From the NCBI GenBank assembly GCA_036501385.1, contig DASYAK010000016.1, forward strand, positions 64,996 to 128,995: a stretch of 64,000 nt of DNA. The letters run 5' to 3'. The notes beneath the pieces are model-generated. The model did no database searches. It was given only the letters and a program-made list of their open reading frames with translations, and was not told the DNA's origin. A program made the translations under genes and the position numbers. Every line of letters starts with the position of its first letter. Position 1 is the stretch's first letter. Positions 36,028-45,727 of the stretch are shown piece by piece. The DNA is from Gemmatimonadales bacterium (GTDB taxonomy: Bacteria > Gemmatimonadota > Gemmatimonadetes > Gemmatimonadales > GWC2-71-9).

Positions 36028-38625
36028 CTAGGGTGTGAACTCGAGATGGCCGCCCGTTACGACCACGTGGATCGTGTCGCCCTCGTTGTATTTCCCCTCG
36101 AGCAGCTGCAGCGCAATGGGATTCTGGAGCTCGCGCTGGATCACCCGCTTGAGCGGACGCGCTCCGTAGAGTGGATCGTATCCCGTCTCGGCAAGCCAGG
36201 TCATCGCCTCGGGGGCAACATCGAGGACCAGCCCGCGAGCCGCCACGAGCGATCGCAGCTTGGCGAGCTGCAGTGCCACGATGTGATCGAGATCTTCCCG
36301 CGTGAGGGGCCTGAAGACCACGATATCGTCGACGCGGTTGAGGAATTCGGGGCGGAAATGGGCCCGCAATTCACCCAGTACCTTGGCCTCGACCTCCGGC
36401 CACGCGCCGGGCCCAATGCTCTTCGTCTCGAGAATGTAGCGCGACCCGATGTTGCTCGTCATGATGATCACGGCGTTCCGGAAATCGACGACGCGCCCCT
36501 GCGAATCGGTGAGCCGGCCGTCGTCGAGCACCTGCAGGAGCAGATTGAAGACATCAGGATGAGCCTTTTCGATCTCGTCGAAAAGGATGACGCAATAGGG
36601 GCGGCGGCGCACCGCTTCGGTGAGCTGTCCTCCCTCTTCGTAGCCGATGTAACCGGGCGGTGCTCCGATCATTCGCGCCACGGCGTGCTTCTCCATGTAT
36701 TCCGACATGTCGAGACGCACCATGGCACGTTCATCGTCGAAGAGAAACTCGGCCAGAGCCCGCGCCGTCTCGGTCTTGCCGACGCCAGTAGGTCCGAGGA
36801 AGATGAATGACCCGGTCGGCTTCCCGACCTCCTGGAGTCCGGCGCGGGTCCGGCGCACCGCGTTGGCCACAGCCGCCAGCGCCTCGGGCTGCCCGACGAC
36901 GCGGCGGCCGAGCTCCGCCTCGAGGCGCGTGAGCCGCTCGCGGTCGGATTCGAGCATCTTGCTGACGGGGATACCGGTCCACTTCGCGACGACGTTGGCA
37001 ATGTCCTCCGGCCCGACTTCTTCCCGGAGATACTTCGACGACTTCTGTGCCTCGGTGAGCTTCTGCTCTTCACCCACCAGCTCGCGCTCGAGTTCGGGAA
37101 TCTTCCCGTAGCGGAGTTCCGCGGCCTTCTGCAGGTCGCCAGCCCGCGTCGCCTGGTCGACTTCGGAGCGCAAGCCCTCGACCTGCGCCTTCTTCTTCTG
37201 GATCCCTTCGATCGCCTGCTTCTCCGATTGCCAGCGCGCCTTCATCCCCGCGCTCTTTTCCTTCAGCTCGGCGATCTCCTGTTCCAGCGCCTTGCGACGC
37301 TCGACCGAAGCCTTGTCCTTGTCGCGAACCAGCGACTGGCGTTCGATCTCGAGCTGGAGAATGCGGCGTTCGACTTCATCAATTTCCTGGGGGAGCGAAT
37401 CGATCTCCATCCGGATCCGGGAGGCCGCTTCGTCGACGAGGTCGATCGCCTTGTCGGGAAGGAAGCGGTCGCCGATGTAGCGATTGGAGAGCGTCGCCGC
37501 CGACACCAGCGCATTGTCGGTGATGCGCACGCCGTGGTGGACTTCGTACTTCTCCTTGAGGCCGCGGAGGATCGCGATGGTGTCCTCGACCGTCGGTTCG
37601 CCAACGTACACCGGCTGAAAGCGCCGTTCGAGGGCGGCATCCTTCTCGACATTCTGCCGGTATTCATCGAGTGTCGTAGCGCCGACCACGTGCAGCTCGC
37701 CGCGGGCGAGTGCTGGTTTGAGCAGGTTGGACGCGTCAACCGCTCCCTCCGCCTTTCCCGCACCGACCAGGGTGTGGAGTTCGTCGATGAACACGATGTA
37801 GCGACCAGCGGCGTCGGTCAGTTCCTTCACCACCGACTTGAGACGTTCTTCGAATTCGCCCCGGTACTTGGCTCCTGCCAGCAACTGGCCGATGTCGAGG
37901 GCGATGATTTCCTTGCCGCGAAGTGAATCGGGCACGTCGCCATTGACGATCCGCTGCGCGAGCCCCTCGACGATCGCCGTCTTCCCCACGCCAGGCTCGC
38001 CGATCAGCACCGGATTGTTCTTGGTGCGGCGCGAGAGGACCTGCATCACCCGCCGGACTTCTTCGTCGCGCCCGATCACCGGATCGAGCTTGCCGCCGCG
38101 CGCCTGGTCGGTAAGGTTGCGCGTGAAGCGCTGCAGCGACTGGTATTGCTCTTCGGGGGTGTCGGTGGTGACACGGTGTGATCCGCGAACGTCATCGAGC
38201 GCTGCGCGAAGTTCCTTCGCCGTAAGGCCTTCGGCCTCGAACAGCTGGCGAGCTGAGGTGCCCTTCGTTTCTGCGAGAGCGAGGAGGAGATGTTCGGTCG
38301 AGACGAAGCTGTCCCCGAGCTCCTTCGCCACCGCCTCCGCGCGCTCGAAGACCTTCGACAGCGTCCGGTCGAGCGTCGGCGTCACGTCGACATTGCCCCG
38401 CTGCGACGGGAAGGTGGCGATCTCCGATTCGACCCGGTTGGACAGGCGCGGCACCGAGACGCCGGCCTTTGCCAGCAGCGACTGGACGATCCCTTCGTCC
38501 TGTCCCAGCAGCGCAGACAAGAGGTGCGCGTCGTTGACGACCGGATTGCCGCGGGTCCGCCCCTGTTCGAGCGCAGCCTGGACTGCTTCGCGGGCCTTCA
38601 ACGTGAGACGATCTGGTCGCAGCAT
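36028..38625 (-). CDS. clpB: ATP-dependent chaperone/disaggregase ClpB
   Basis: 865 aa. Clp N-domain repeats, Walker A GEPGVGKT (NBD1) and GPTGVGKT (NBD2), and a long middle coiled coil ([20 protein letters not shown]...) distinguish ClpB from ClpA/ClpC. Confidence 0.95.
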   Translation of the reverse strand: MLRPDRLTLKAREAVQAALEQGRTRGNPVVNDAHLLSALLGQDEGIVQSLLAKAGVSVPRLSNRVESEIATFPSQRGNVDVTPTLDRTLSKVFERAEAVAKELGDSFVSTEHLLLALAETKGTSARQLFEAEGLTAKELRAALDDVRGSHRVTTDTPEEQYQSLQRFTRNLTDQARGGKLDPVIGRDEEVRRVMQVLSRRTKNNPVLIGEPGVGKTAIVEGLAQRIVNGDVPDSLRGKEIIALDIGQLLAGAKYRGEFEERLKSVVKELTDAAGRYIVFIDELHTLVGAGKAEGAVDASNLLKPALARGELHVVGATTLDEYRQNVEKDAALERRFQPVYVGEPTVEDTIAILRGLKEKYEVHHGVRITDNALVSAATLSNRYIGDRFLPDKAIDLVDEAASRIRMEIDSLPQEIDEVERRILQLEIERQSLVRDKDKASVERRKALEQEIAELKEKSAGMKARWQSEKQAIEGIQKKKAQVEGLRSEVDQATRAGDLQKAAELRYGKIPELERELVGEEQKLTEAQKSSKYLREEVGPEDIANVVAKWTGIPVSKMLESDRERLTRLEAELGRRVVGQPEALAAVANAVRRTRAGLQEVGKPTGSFIFLGPTGVGKTETARALAEFLFDDERAMVRLDMSEYMEKHAVARMIGAPPGYIGYEEGGQLTEAVRRRPYCVILFDEIEKAHPDVFNLLLQVLDDGRLTDSQGRVVDFRNAVIIMTSNIGSRYILETKSIGPGAWPEVEAKVLGELRAHFRPEFLNRVDDIVVFRPLTREDLDHIVALQLAKLRSLVAARGLVLDVAPEAMTWLAETGYDPLYGARPLKRVIQRELQNPIALQLLEGKYNEGDTIHVVVTGGHLEFTP

Positions 38626-38747
38626 GATGAGCCTCCGGCGTGGAAGATGGCGAAGACCGACCGATCGCGCGACTGTTCGGATCGACCCCCACTGCCCGGG
38701 TACGTGCGCTGCCTGCGCGGCTGGATCGTCCCTGCTGTGGATCAGCG

Positions 38748-39197
38748 ATGGAGGTCGTTGTGGCGGACGCGCGGGTACTCAGGACCGGAACCGGCCTGCT
38801 CATCCTCCGAGTCATTCTCGGGATTCTGTTCTTTGCTCACGGCTACCAGAAGCTGATCACCATGGGCATACCCCAGATCCACGCCGCTTTCACCAAGTTC
38901 AACATCCCACTGCCGGGGCTGGTGGCACCGCTGGTGACGGTGCTGGAGTTTTTCGGCGGGATCGCGCTCGTCGTGGGATTCCTGACGCGCGTCATCGCCC
39001 TGCTCTTCGCCATCGAGATGGCCTGCGCGGTCCTCCTGGTCCACATCAAGGTGGGCCTGATCGGTCCGGGAGGGGCCGAACTCCCATTGATCTTTGGAAC
39101 CGCCGCGGTGGCGCTGGTATTGGGCGGGGGCGGCATTCTATCGATTGATCAATGGATTTCGCGGCGAGCCGTCCGCGTCCGTGTTCGGCGGCCGTAG
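38748..39197 (+). CDS. DoxX family membrane protein
   Basis: In-frame part of track ORF 38640..39197 from ATG 38748. [20 protein letters not shown]...[19 protein letters not shown]...[15 protein letters not shown] is the DoxX pattern, with four hydrophobic helices. Confidence 0.8.
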   Translation: MEVVVADARVLRTGTGLLILRVILGILFFAHGYQKLITMGIPQIHAAFTKFNIPLPGLVAPLVTVLEFFGGIALVVGFLTRVIALLFAIEMACAVLLVHIKVGLIGPGGAELPLIFGTAAVALVLGGGGILSIDQWISRRAVRVRVRRP

Positions 39198-39221
39198 GAT
39201 TCTTTGCTCCGCAACGACCAA

Positions 39222-39241
39222 AGGGGCGCCTGCGCGTCCCT
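39222..39241. terminator. GC-rich hairpin between convergent genes (possible bidirectional terminator)
   Basis: AGGGGCGC-CTGC-GCGTCCCT forms an 8-bp stem (one G-U pair) with a 4-nt loop. It lies 25 nt after the DoxX stop and touches the stop of the minus-strand gene at 39241. Only the minus-strand transcript has a loosely U-rich tail (UUGGUCGUU). There is no clean U-tract. Confidence 0.35.
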
Positions 39242-39663
39242 CAGGGGGCCGTGATGATGACCTTCCTGGCTGCGGTCATCCCGTCGACGCCAAGCAGCAA
39301 ATAGTAGATGCCGGGCGAAGCGACCCTCGTGCCACCATCGACGGTGCCATCCCACAGACCCACGTAGTCTCCGCACTTCATCGGGATGCTGTCCAGCACG
39401 ACCGCGCGACGGTCGCGGAGGCGCAGCTTGGCCACCGGCTGGGCGAAGAGATTGTAGACCCGTAGTGCAACCCGTGGCGTGTGCCCTCTGCGGCACAGAT
39501 CCGGCGCGACAGTGAACGGGACGAGCGCCGCCGGGAGGACGGGATTGGGTCGCGGCTCGGCCAGGGTGATCGCAGGCGGTCCCGGTGACCCCTGACCGGC
39601 GGCTGGTAACGCCACGATCCCAACGAGCAGCAAACCCAGCCCCGGCCCGATGAACCGGCGCAT
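39241..39663 (-). CDS. small secreted protein made of a FlgD-Ig-like / T9SS type-A sorting-like beta-sandwich domain only
   Basis: Track ORF 39241..39702. The start is ATG 39663, giving the signal MRRFIGPGLGLLLVGIVALPAAGQG. The rest matches the pattern as I remember it: ...PNPV...V.L.VYN..GQ.V....G...WDG....G..V..GIYY..L.......KV...: PRPNPVLPAALVPFTV...VALRVYNLFAQPVAKL...GDYVGLWDGTVDGGTRVASPGIYYLLLGVDGMTAARKVIIT. Confidence 0.55.
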   Translation of the reverse strand: MRRFIGPGLGLLLVGIVALPAAGQGSPGPPAITLAEPRPNPVLPAALVPFTVAPDLCRRGHTPRVALRVYNLFAQPVAKLRLRDRRAVVLDSIPMKCGDYVGLWDGTVDGGTRVASPGIYYLLLGVDGMTAARKVIITAP

Positions 39664-39787
39664 GGACGCTCCTTCAGGCTGACAAATCGTGGATCGAACC
39701 AACCTCCGCAGGTGACGGAAAGCTCTGCCAACATGCGGGTCGGCAGTCCGTTATGTCAAGCCGCGTCGGCGCCGCATCGCCACCGGC

Positions 39788-40531
39788 TCATCGCGCGCAC
39801 CAGGCGTCGAGCGCTGGCATCGCGCCATCACCCAGGTGCTCGCGCACCCAGCGCAGGAGGAGCCGCTGGTGCGCCGCGGTGCGGCGGCGGTCGAGCAAGG
39901 GGAGATCTCCGGCCGCGAGAAGTGCCACGAGGTCCGATCGATCGGCGGCGTCGAGCCGGGTCGTCGCTCCACTCGCAGCACACGCGGCGCAGAGGAACCC
40001 GCCGTCGCGCAGCGAGAACGCAGCTCCGCCGCCCGGCAGCGACGCTCCATCACGAGCGCATTCGAGCACTGTCGGGCCGATGCCGAGTTCGGTGATCAAT
40101 CGCCACATGGCACGCAATGTCACGACGGCCACGGCGTCGACTGGTGCCACCTCGAGAAGCCGGATGTCGTCCAGGAAGCGATCGTACAACGTGGCATTGT
40201 ATACCGGCGGGACGAAGCGCGCCGCGATTTCTGCCAGCGCACAGCTCGCCGCGAATCGACCGACCTGGCCGGCGAGACCGCCGTGCGTCGCGATCAGGTC
40301 GAACGCGGTCAGCGTGTAGAGGTCGCTCGACCGTGACGCCAGGAGATGGGCCTGCCCTTCGCTCAGGAGTTGCAGCGATGCACCGAAGGGACTCTTTGGG
40401 CGGAGTGCTCCCTTCGCGATGCCGCTCACCATCCCGTGTTCTCGGGTAAGGAGGCGGGCGATCCGTGAGCTTTCGCTGTAGCGGACCGACCCGAGTACGA
40501 TTGCGGAGGTGAGCAGCGGAAGTCCCGCCAC
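39788..40531 (-). CDS. recO: DNA repair protein RecO
   Basis: 247 aa. The N-terminal OB-fold pattern is SAIVLGSVRYSESSRIARLLTREHGMVSGIAKGALRPKSPFGASLQLL and the Cys cluster is CARDG...GGFLCAAC. Its start lies 3 nt after the stop of the upstream lipoprotein gene. Confidence 0.85.
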   Translation of the reverse strand: MAGLPLLTSAIVLGSVRYSESSRIARLLTREHGMVSGIAKGALRPKSPFGASLQLLSEGQAHLLASRSSDLYTLTAFDLIATHGGLAGQVGRFAASCALAEIAARFVPPVYNATLYDRFLDDIRLLEVAPVDAVAVVTLRAMWRLITELGIGPTVLECARDGASLPGGGAAFSLRDGGFLCAACAASGATTRLDAADRSDLVALLAAGDLPLLDRRRTAAHQRLLLRWVREHLGDGAMPALDAWCAR

Positions 40532-40534
40532 GGC

Positions 40535-41608
40535 TCAGTTGTCGAAGTGGTAGAGCGCGGCGGGAATTTCGGTCACGCCGATGCCGATCGGACAGCGCCC
40601 CACGGCGATCGGATGCTGCGCCACCAGGTCGGAGCCCAGAATCTGCACCGACCCCCGCGCCCCGGAGGCCGTACAGCTCCCCGCCGTGAGCGCGTAGATC
40701 CGTCCGAAGTCGTCGGTGGCGAGTCCGTGCGCCGCACCATTGAGCGGAACCGCAGCATTGACACCGCGTTCGACCTGGTGGGTGCGCACGTTGAACACCA
40801 TTAGTCCGTCGACCGGGCTCGCAACGAAAATGCGGTCGGCACCATCGGTCGCCAGGTACTGCGGCGCGTGGCCAAATCCGCTGTAAGAGTTGACGTTGCC
40901 GGGTTGCAATGGATCGATCTGCGACAGGATTCCGTCCGATGAGCCGTCGCCCGCGCTGACGACGTAGAGCGACCCGTCCGACGCGAAGATGCCGCTCCGG
41001 GCGTCACCCGGACCGAGGAGCGGGAAGGAGTCTCGCACCCCGGGCTCGGTGGTCAACCAGCTCGGTGCATCGGGACAGCCGTTGGTCCCGAGCGGGCAGC
41101 CCTGGCGGTTGGCGACGACGACAAAGACCCTGCCGCGGGCCACCCCGAACCCTTGTGGTGTTCCGGCCACCGAGCCAGTGCCCGCACCGCAAACCGGCGG
41201 TGCGAGGAAATGGCTGACGCTGTCGGTCGACGGTGTCGACGCGTAGCCCTGCCCGTCGTCGTTGAACACCAGACTGCCGATGACACCCTGGGCGTTGAGC
41301 GCCACCGGGTGACCGTCGATGCACGCCGAGTGATGCGAACCAAGGTCCAGGAACATCACGTCGTCGCTGTCGCTAATGGCCGCGACCTGGCCATGCAGGG
41401 CCAGCGCGGTGATCTTCGATGTCCGCGGCGTGATGATCAGGTGATGCACGACCCCGATGCTGTCGACGGGAATGATGCGCAGGGTATCGTCGGTGCTGTC
41501 GAGAACGACGAGCACCTCGACCGGCGGCGTCACCGGCCCGATCGTCGATGCGCACGCCGCCGCTAGATAGCCGATGCCGATCGCTGCCCATAGTCCCCAG
41601 CGCGCCAC
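40535..41608 (-). CDS. beta-propeller-like lipoprotein (YVTN/YncE-like repeats), last gene of the cobalamin-riboswitch operon
   Basis: 357 aa with signal plus lipobox MARWGLWAAIGIGYLAAAC. Repeated blade-like segments: GQVAAISDSDDVMFLDL; GSLVFNDDGQGYAST; GVARGRVFVVVAN; GIFASDGSLYVVSAGD; YLATDGADRIFVASPVDGLMVFNV; GLATDDFGRIYALTAG. It lies 14 nt downstream of the TonB-dependent receptor. Confidence 0.6.
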   Translation of the reverse strand: MARWGLWAAIGIGYLAAACASTIGPVTPPVEVLVVLDSTDDTLRIIPVDSIGVVHHLIITPRTSKITALALHGQVAAISDSDDVMFLDLGSHHSACIDGHPVALNAQGVIGSLVFNDDGQGYASTPSTDSVSHFLAPPVCGAGTGSVAGTPQGFGVARGRVFVVVANRQGCPLGTNGCPDAPSWLTTEPGVRDSFPLLGPGDARSGIFASDGSLYVVSAGDGSSDGILSQIDPLQPGNVNSYSGFGHAPQYLATDGADRIFVASPVDGLMVFNVRTHQVERGVNAAVPLNGAAHGLATDDFGRIYALTAGSCTASGARGSVQILGSDLVAQHPIAVGRCPIGIGVTEIPAALYHFDN

Positions 41609-41622
41609 CGCACCTCCCCGCG

Positions 41623-43635
41623 TCAGTATCGCAAGCGCCCTCCCGCCAGGAGAGTGCGGCCGCGCCCCGGAAAGCCAACTGTCTGCTGATAACTGGCGTT
41701 GAACACGTTCTCGCCGCGCACAGTAAGGTCGATGCCGGGCGATCGGCCAACCGAGCGAAGCACCGGCACGTCCAGGGCGAGATCGAACGTGGTGTAAGCC
41801 GGTAAAATAACCCGGGCCGGGAGTACCCCCGAAAAATCGACGTCGTCCCGCGCCCCGACGTAGAGCGCAGTTGCCTCCACGGTGACCCCACGCCAGCGGT
41901 AACCCAGCGTGGCGCCGCCTGACGAACCGGGGCGCCGGATCAGCGACCCGCCCTGCTGGAACGACACGGACGAGGCCGACCCGGTGTCGGTGACTTCGGT
42001 GTGCAGGAAGGTCCAGTGCCCGCTGATGGAAACCCCGGCGCCGGGGTCAACAGACCCGATGAGTTCGATCCCGCGGCTGCTCGCCCCACCAAGATTGACG
42101 TAGTTGGCATCGCCGGGGGCCGCATTGATGAATTGGATCAAGTCGTGAAAGGTCTGCCAGAATGCAGTCACGCCGAGGTGGGCGCGACGGCCAGCGAGCG
42201 CAGTCTCGGCACCCACCTCGCCGTTACGGCTTCGCTCAGGCGCCAAGTCGGGATTGCCGACTTCGAACGCGCTCTGGGCGAAAAGCTCCGAGAAGGTTGG
42301 GGCCTTGAACGCTGTTCCGGCGCCGGCCCAGATCCGGCTCCCGGGCGTCAAGTGCCATGCGAGCCCGGCTCGCCACGTCCCGAACGATCCGAACGCGGAG
42401 TTGTCGTCGAGACGTCCGCCCAGCTGCACCGAAAGCCGTCCGGGGTTCGACAGCAGCTGCAAATATCCATCCCTCGTGGTGCGATTGCCGCTGAAGATCG
42501 ACGTATCGACCGACGCACCGTCGCCAAAGTTCGAGGTGCCGATATCGTGTTCGTCGTCGGTCTCACGCTCGAGTCCCGCGCCGACCGACACCACTGTTCC
42601 GCTCGCCCCGTGCCAATCAACTCGAGCACCAGCGCCACGCCGCCAGGTGATTCCGGTCCGGTCCTCGACGAAGTCGAACCCCACAGTGTCGGCCGGGGAA
42701 TCCTCGCGGTTGGTGAACCCTTCATTGAGACGCGAGGCGTAGCCTTCGAGATGCAGTACGATCGCCCCCAGCGTCCGGTCGCCATCCAACCCTGCCACGA
42801 AGCTCTGCTCGGTCGAAAACTGGTTGTGATCGATAACATTGCCGCCGCCGTCGGTCGGAAAATGTGCCAGGCCATCGTCGTACCGGACACTGAGACCAGC
42901 GTGCCCCGCATTCCCGTTGTCGAAACCCGCGTGCACGGTGCCCGCAGCATTGCGATAGTCGCTGTTGAACGGATAGATCCCCTCGCTCGCGAATCGGCTT
43001 CCAGTCGCGCTCAATGAGAACCGACCGCCGGTCGCGTCGGCATGCCCGCTCAGGTCGCTGGTGCCGCGACTGCCACCGCGTGCGGTGATCTCCGCCTCCG
43101 ATCGAGCGCTGCCGCTGCGCGTGAAGAGCTGGATCACGCCACTCATCGCGTCGGCACCGTACAGCACACTCGCCGGGCCGCGCACGATCTCGATCCGGTC
43201 GAGGTCATCGGTCGTCAGGTTGGCGAAGTTGATGCTGCCGCCAGGAAGATTAAGCGGCACGCCATCGAGCAGCACCTTGACGTAATCGCTCTCGCCGCCG
43301 CGGAGAAAGAGCGACGTCACCGCGCCATACGATCCGGTCTGCACCACCGATACTCCGGGGACGTCGCGCAGGGCATCGAGCACGAAATGCACTCCACGGT
43401 CTCGCAGGTCATCGCCGCGAATCACCGTCATCGCGGCGGGAATCTCCGCCGCCGGCGTGGGGACCCGCGTCGCCGTGACGACCAGGTCGGGCACGCGAGC
43501 GGTATCGCCGACCTGAGCGAGAACCACCACCGGCCGGATCGCCAACAAGAGGAGCGCCGCAAGCGCTGTCATGACGACGAACGCAGGACGGGCGGCGTCA
43601 GTGCGACAAGCGTTCAGCGTGCGGCAGTTGAGCAT
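41623..43635 (-). CDS. btuB: TonB-dependent outer-membrane receptor, BtuB-like (cobalamin/corrinoid)
   Basis: Track ORF 41623..43722. The likely start is the ATG at 43635 (CAT 43633-43635, AGGAG 8 nt upstream), followed by a signal peptide. The TonB box is DLVVTATR. The plug is IRGDDLRDRGVHFVLDALRDVPGVSVVQTGSYGAVTSLFLRGGESDYVKVLLDGVPLN...IEIVRGPASVLYGADAMSGVIQLFT. The C-terminus ends in an aromatic residue (...GGRLRY). The substrate is inferred from the upstream riboswitch. Confidence 0.8.
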   Translation of the reverse strand: MLNCRTLNACRTDAARPAFVVMTALAALLLLAIRPVVVLAQVGDTARVPDLVVTATRVPTPAAEIPAAMTVIRGDDLRDRGVHFVLDALRDVPGVSVVQTGSYGAVTSLFLRGGESDYVKVLLDGVPLNLPGGSINFANLTTDDLDRIEIVRGPASVLYGADAMSGVIQLFTRSGSARSEAEITARGGSRGTSDLSGHADATGGRFSLSATGSRFASEGIYPFNSDYRNAAGTVHAGFDNGNAGHAGLSVRYDDGLAHFPTDGGGNVIDHNQFSTEQSFVAGLDGDRTLGAIVLHLEGYASRLNEGFTNREDSPADTVGFDFVEDRTGITWRRGAGARVDWHGASGTVVSVGAGLERETDDEHDIGTSNFGDGASVDTSIFSGNRTTRDGYLQLLSNPGRLSVQLGGRLDDNSAFGSFGTWRAGLAWHLTPGSRIWAGAGTAFKAPTFSELFAQSAFEVGNPDLAPERSRNGEVGAETALAGRRAHLGVTAFWQTFHDLIQFINAAPGDANYVNLGGASSRGIELIGSVDPGAGVSISGHWTFLHTEVTDTGSASSVSFQQGGSLIRRPGSSGGATLGYRWRGVTVEATALYVGARDDVDFSGVLPARVILPAYTTFDLALDVPVLRSVGRSPGIDLTVRGENVFNASYQQTVGFPGRGRTLLAGGRLRY

Positions 43636-43667
43636 CGTTTCACTCCTGGAGAGACAGATTGCACGCT

Positions 43668-44468
43668 TCACGGCGTTTCGTCCTTTCGCAGCGGGACAAC
43701 TTGCGGCGAGCCGTCGCGCCACGGTGTCACCGCCACCGGCCAGTTGAAGACGGCAGAGACCGCGGCAGCGGTCAGCACCTCGCTCGGCGCACCGTCGGCG
43801 ACCGCCCGGCCGCGATCGAGGAGGACGATCCGGTCCGCGTATCGCGCCGCGAGATTGAGCTGATGGGTAATCACCAGCACGCCGAGTCCATCGCGAACCA
43901 GCCGGCGCAGAAGTTCGAGCAGTTCCATCTCGTGGCCGACGTCGAGTGCCGCGGTGGGTTCATCGAGCAGCAATAGCTGCGGCGTTGCGGCGAGCGCCCG
44001 CGCGAGTCGAACTCGCTGCCATTCGCCACCCGAGAGCGTGTCGATGCCGCGGCCGTCGAATCCGGCGATGTCGCACCGGATAAGGGCGTCGGCGATTGCC
44101 CCGTCGTCGGCCGCGGTGACTGGCGCAACTGGACCGAGCGCCGCCCAGCGTCCCATCAACACCGCTTCGCGTACGGTCAGCGGAAATGCCGGCTCCTCCC
44201 GCTGCGGGAGTGCGCCGATCGTCTCGGCCAGATCGCGCCGGCTCCAGGCCGCGATCGCGCGCGAACCGAGAATCACTTCACCACTCACCGGTCGTATCAG
44301 GCCGAGCAGTGCGCGGAGGAGCGACGTCTTCCCACTGCCATTCGGGCCCACCACCGCGACGAGTTCGCCGCTCGACACGCTGAACGTGACGTCGTCGAGG
44401 GCGCGCTGCGGCGTCGCACTTCGGGTGCGCCCGTACTCGACAGTGAGATGACTCCCGGCGAGCTTCAT
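43668..44468 (-). CDS. btuD: ABC transporter ATP-binding protein, FepC/BtuD family
   Basis: The last 266 codons of track ORF 43668..45116, from the ATG at 44468 (CAT 44466-44468), with an ATGA overlap on the permease stop. Motifs: GPNGSGKTS, LSGGEWQR, LLLLDEP. The remaining N-terminal 216 aa of the track ORF are an out-of-frame overlap of the permease gene. Confidence 0.85.
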   Translation of the reverse strand: MKLAGSHLTVEYGRTRSATPQRALDDVTFSVSSGELVAVVGPNGSGKTSLLRALLGLIRPVSGEVILGSRAIAAWSRRDLAETIGALPQREEPAFPLTVREAVLMGRWAALGPVAPVTAADDGAIADALIRCDIAGFDGRGIDTLSGGEWQRVRLARALAATPQLLLLDEPTAALDVGHEMELLELLRRLVRDGLGVLVITHQLNLAARYADRIVLLDRGRAVADGAPSEVLTAAAVSAVFNWPVAVTPWRDGSPQVVPLRKDETP

Positions 44469-45460
44469 CGGAGATTCCGCCGCAACAGCACTGCGAACAC
44501 CGGGACGCCGATCAGCGCGGTGACGACGCCGACCGGGATTTCCACCGGTCGGAGAATCGTGCGTGCAATCATGTCGGCGAGGATGGTGAAGACTCCTCCA
44601 GCCACGAACGCCGCCGGGAGGAGCGAGCGGTGCAGCGGCCCCACGATTCCGCGCAGCGCGTGCGGGACCACCAGCCCGACGAAGCCGATCACTCCAGCGG
44701 CGGTGACCGTCCCCGCGGTGAGGATCGACGCCGCGATGATCACCAGCCGCCGAGTTCCTTCGACGCCAACTCCGAGCGTCGCGGCGGTGTCGTCGCCGAG
44801 CGCGAGGAGGTCGAGTGGACGCGCGAGCCAGGCAATCAATGCCAGCGCTGGAACAGCCACGAACGCAAAGTGCGCCAGGAGTGTCCAGCTCGACCGGCCG
44901 AACCCGCCGAAGAGCCAGACGGTGGCCGAATGGAAGGTGAATGGATCGGCGACGACGAGGAGTGCTGACGTGACCGCCGCAGTGAACGCGCCGACAACGA
45001 CGCCGGCAAGGAGCAGGATCCTCGGGTCGAGCCGTCGTCCGGCGACGACGCTGATCCGGTAAACCAGTGCGATCGCCGCGAGCGCACCCACGGTCGCGCA
45101 CGCCGCGATGCTCCATCCCTGCGGCAGCCCGATCCCGACGGCGATCACCGCACCGAGCGAAGCCCCGCCGGAGAGGCCGAGTAGCCAGGGTTCGGCGAGC
45201 GGATTGCGGAGCAGCGCCTGCAACGACGCCCCCGCGACCGACAGGCTCCCTCCGACGACAAACGCGAGCGCGACCCTCGGCAGGCGCAGATCACGAACGA
45301 TCGACGCGTCCGGTGCGTCGGCATGGCGAATCGCGTCGAGAATGGTTGCGGGAGAGAGCGGCACCGCGCCGAACATCACACCGAGCACACCAGCGCAGAC
45401 GGCCGCGACCAGGAGAATCGGCAGCGCGATGCGGGAACGTGATGTGGTCGATGCCGCCAT
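44465..45460 (-). CDS. btuC: FecCD-family ABC permease (BtuC-like)
   Basis: Track ORF 44465..45664. The true start is the ATG at 45460 (CAT 45458-45460), giving MAASTTSRSRIALPILLVAAV.... The first 68 codons of the track ORF read through the riboswitch. Typical FecCD motifs are present (RDLRLPRVALAFVVGGSLSVAGASLQALLRNPLAEPWLLGLSGGASLG). Confidence 0.85.
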   Translation of the reverse strand: MAASTTSRSRIALPILLVAAVCAGVLGVMFGAVPLSPATILDAIRHADAPDASIVRDLRLPRVALAFVVGGSLSVAGASLQALLRNPLAEPWLLGLSGGASLGAVIAVGIGLPQGWSIAACATVGALAAIALVYRISVVAGRRLDPRILLLAGVVVGAFTAAVTSALLVVADPFTFHSATVWLFGGFGRSSWTLLAHFAFVAVPALALIAWLARPLDLLALGDDTAATLGVGVEGTRRLVIIAASILTAGTVTAAGVIGFVGLVVPHALRGIVGPLHRSLLPAAFVAGGVFTILADMIARTILRPVEIPVGVVTALIGVPVFAVLLRRNLR

Positions 45461-45577
45461 GAAAAATCGCCCATCTCCTGGAGGCTGGATGGGCGAGGAA
45501 GGTGGAACAGGACGCCTGACGGCGAACGCTCGACACGACCGCGCCACCGTTCCCTCCCCCGAGGGATTGCTGGTGGC

Positions 45578-45727
45578 GCGAACGGAGAGGTCTCCTGGCT
45601 TCGGGCGGGTTCGCTCGCCTTCCCGGGTGCAATCCCAGTGGCATGGTGAGCGACCGACGTACAATTGCCCGTTACAGTGGCGGGGCCGCGCCGGTCTTGC
45701 ACCGGACTTCCGAGCGTCCCCATTCGC
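45578..45727 (-). promoter_or_regulatory. cobalamin (B12) riboswitch aptamer
   Basis: The minus-strand read is GCGAATGG-GGACGCTCGGAAGTCCGGTGCAAGACCGGCGCGGCCCCGCCACTGTAACGGGC...GCCACTGGGATTGCACCCGGGAAGGCG...CCGAAGCCAGGAGACCTCTCC-GTTCGC. This contains the conserved GGTG.AA..CC...CCCGCCACTGTAA core, GCCACTG...GGGAAGGC, and the B12 box AGCCAGGAGACC. P1 pairs GCGAATGG with CCGTTCGC (one G-U). Directly 3' is a strong hairpin, CGCCACC-AGCAA-TCCCTC-GGGG-GAGGGA-AC-GGTGGCG (45542-45578). CCAGGAGA then recurs as the probable SD 14 nt before the btuC-like ATG at 45460. Confidence 0.9.

Noticed and set aside
44469-45664. Long N-terminal extensions of the btuD-like (to 45116) and btuC-like (to 45664) track ORFs
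   Set aside because: The btuD extension is an out-of-frame overlap of the permease gene. The btuC extension is translated through the cobalamin riboswitch. Internal ATGs at 44468 and 45460 give normal protein N-termini.
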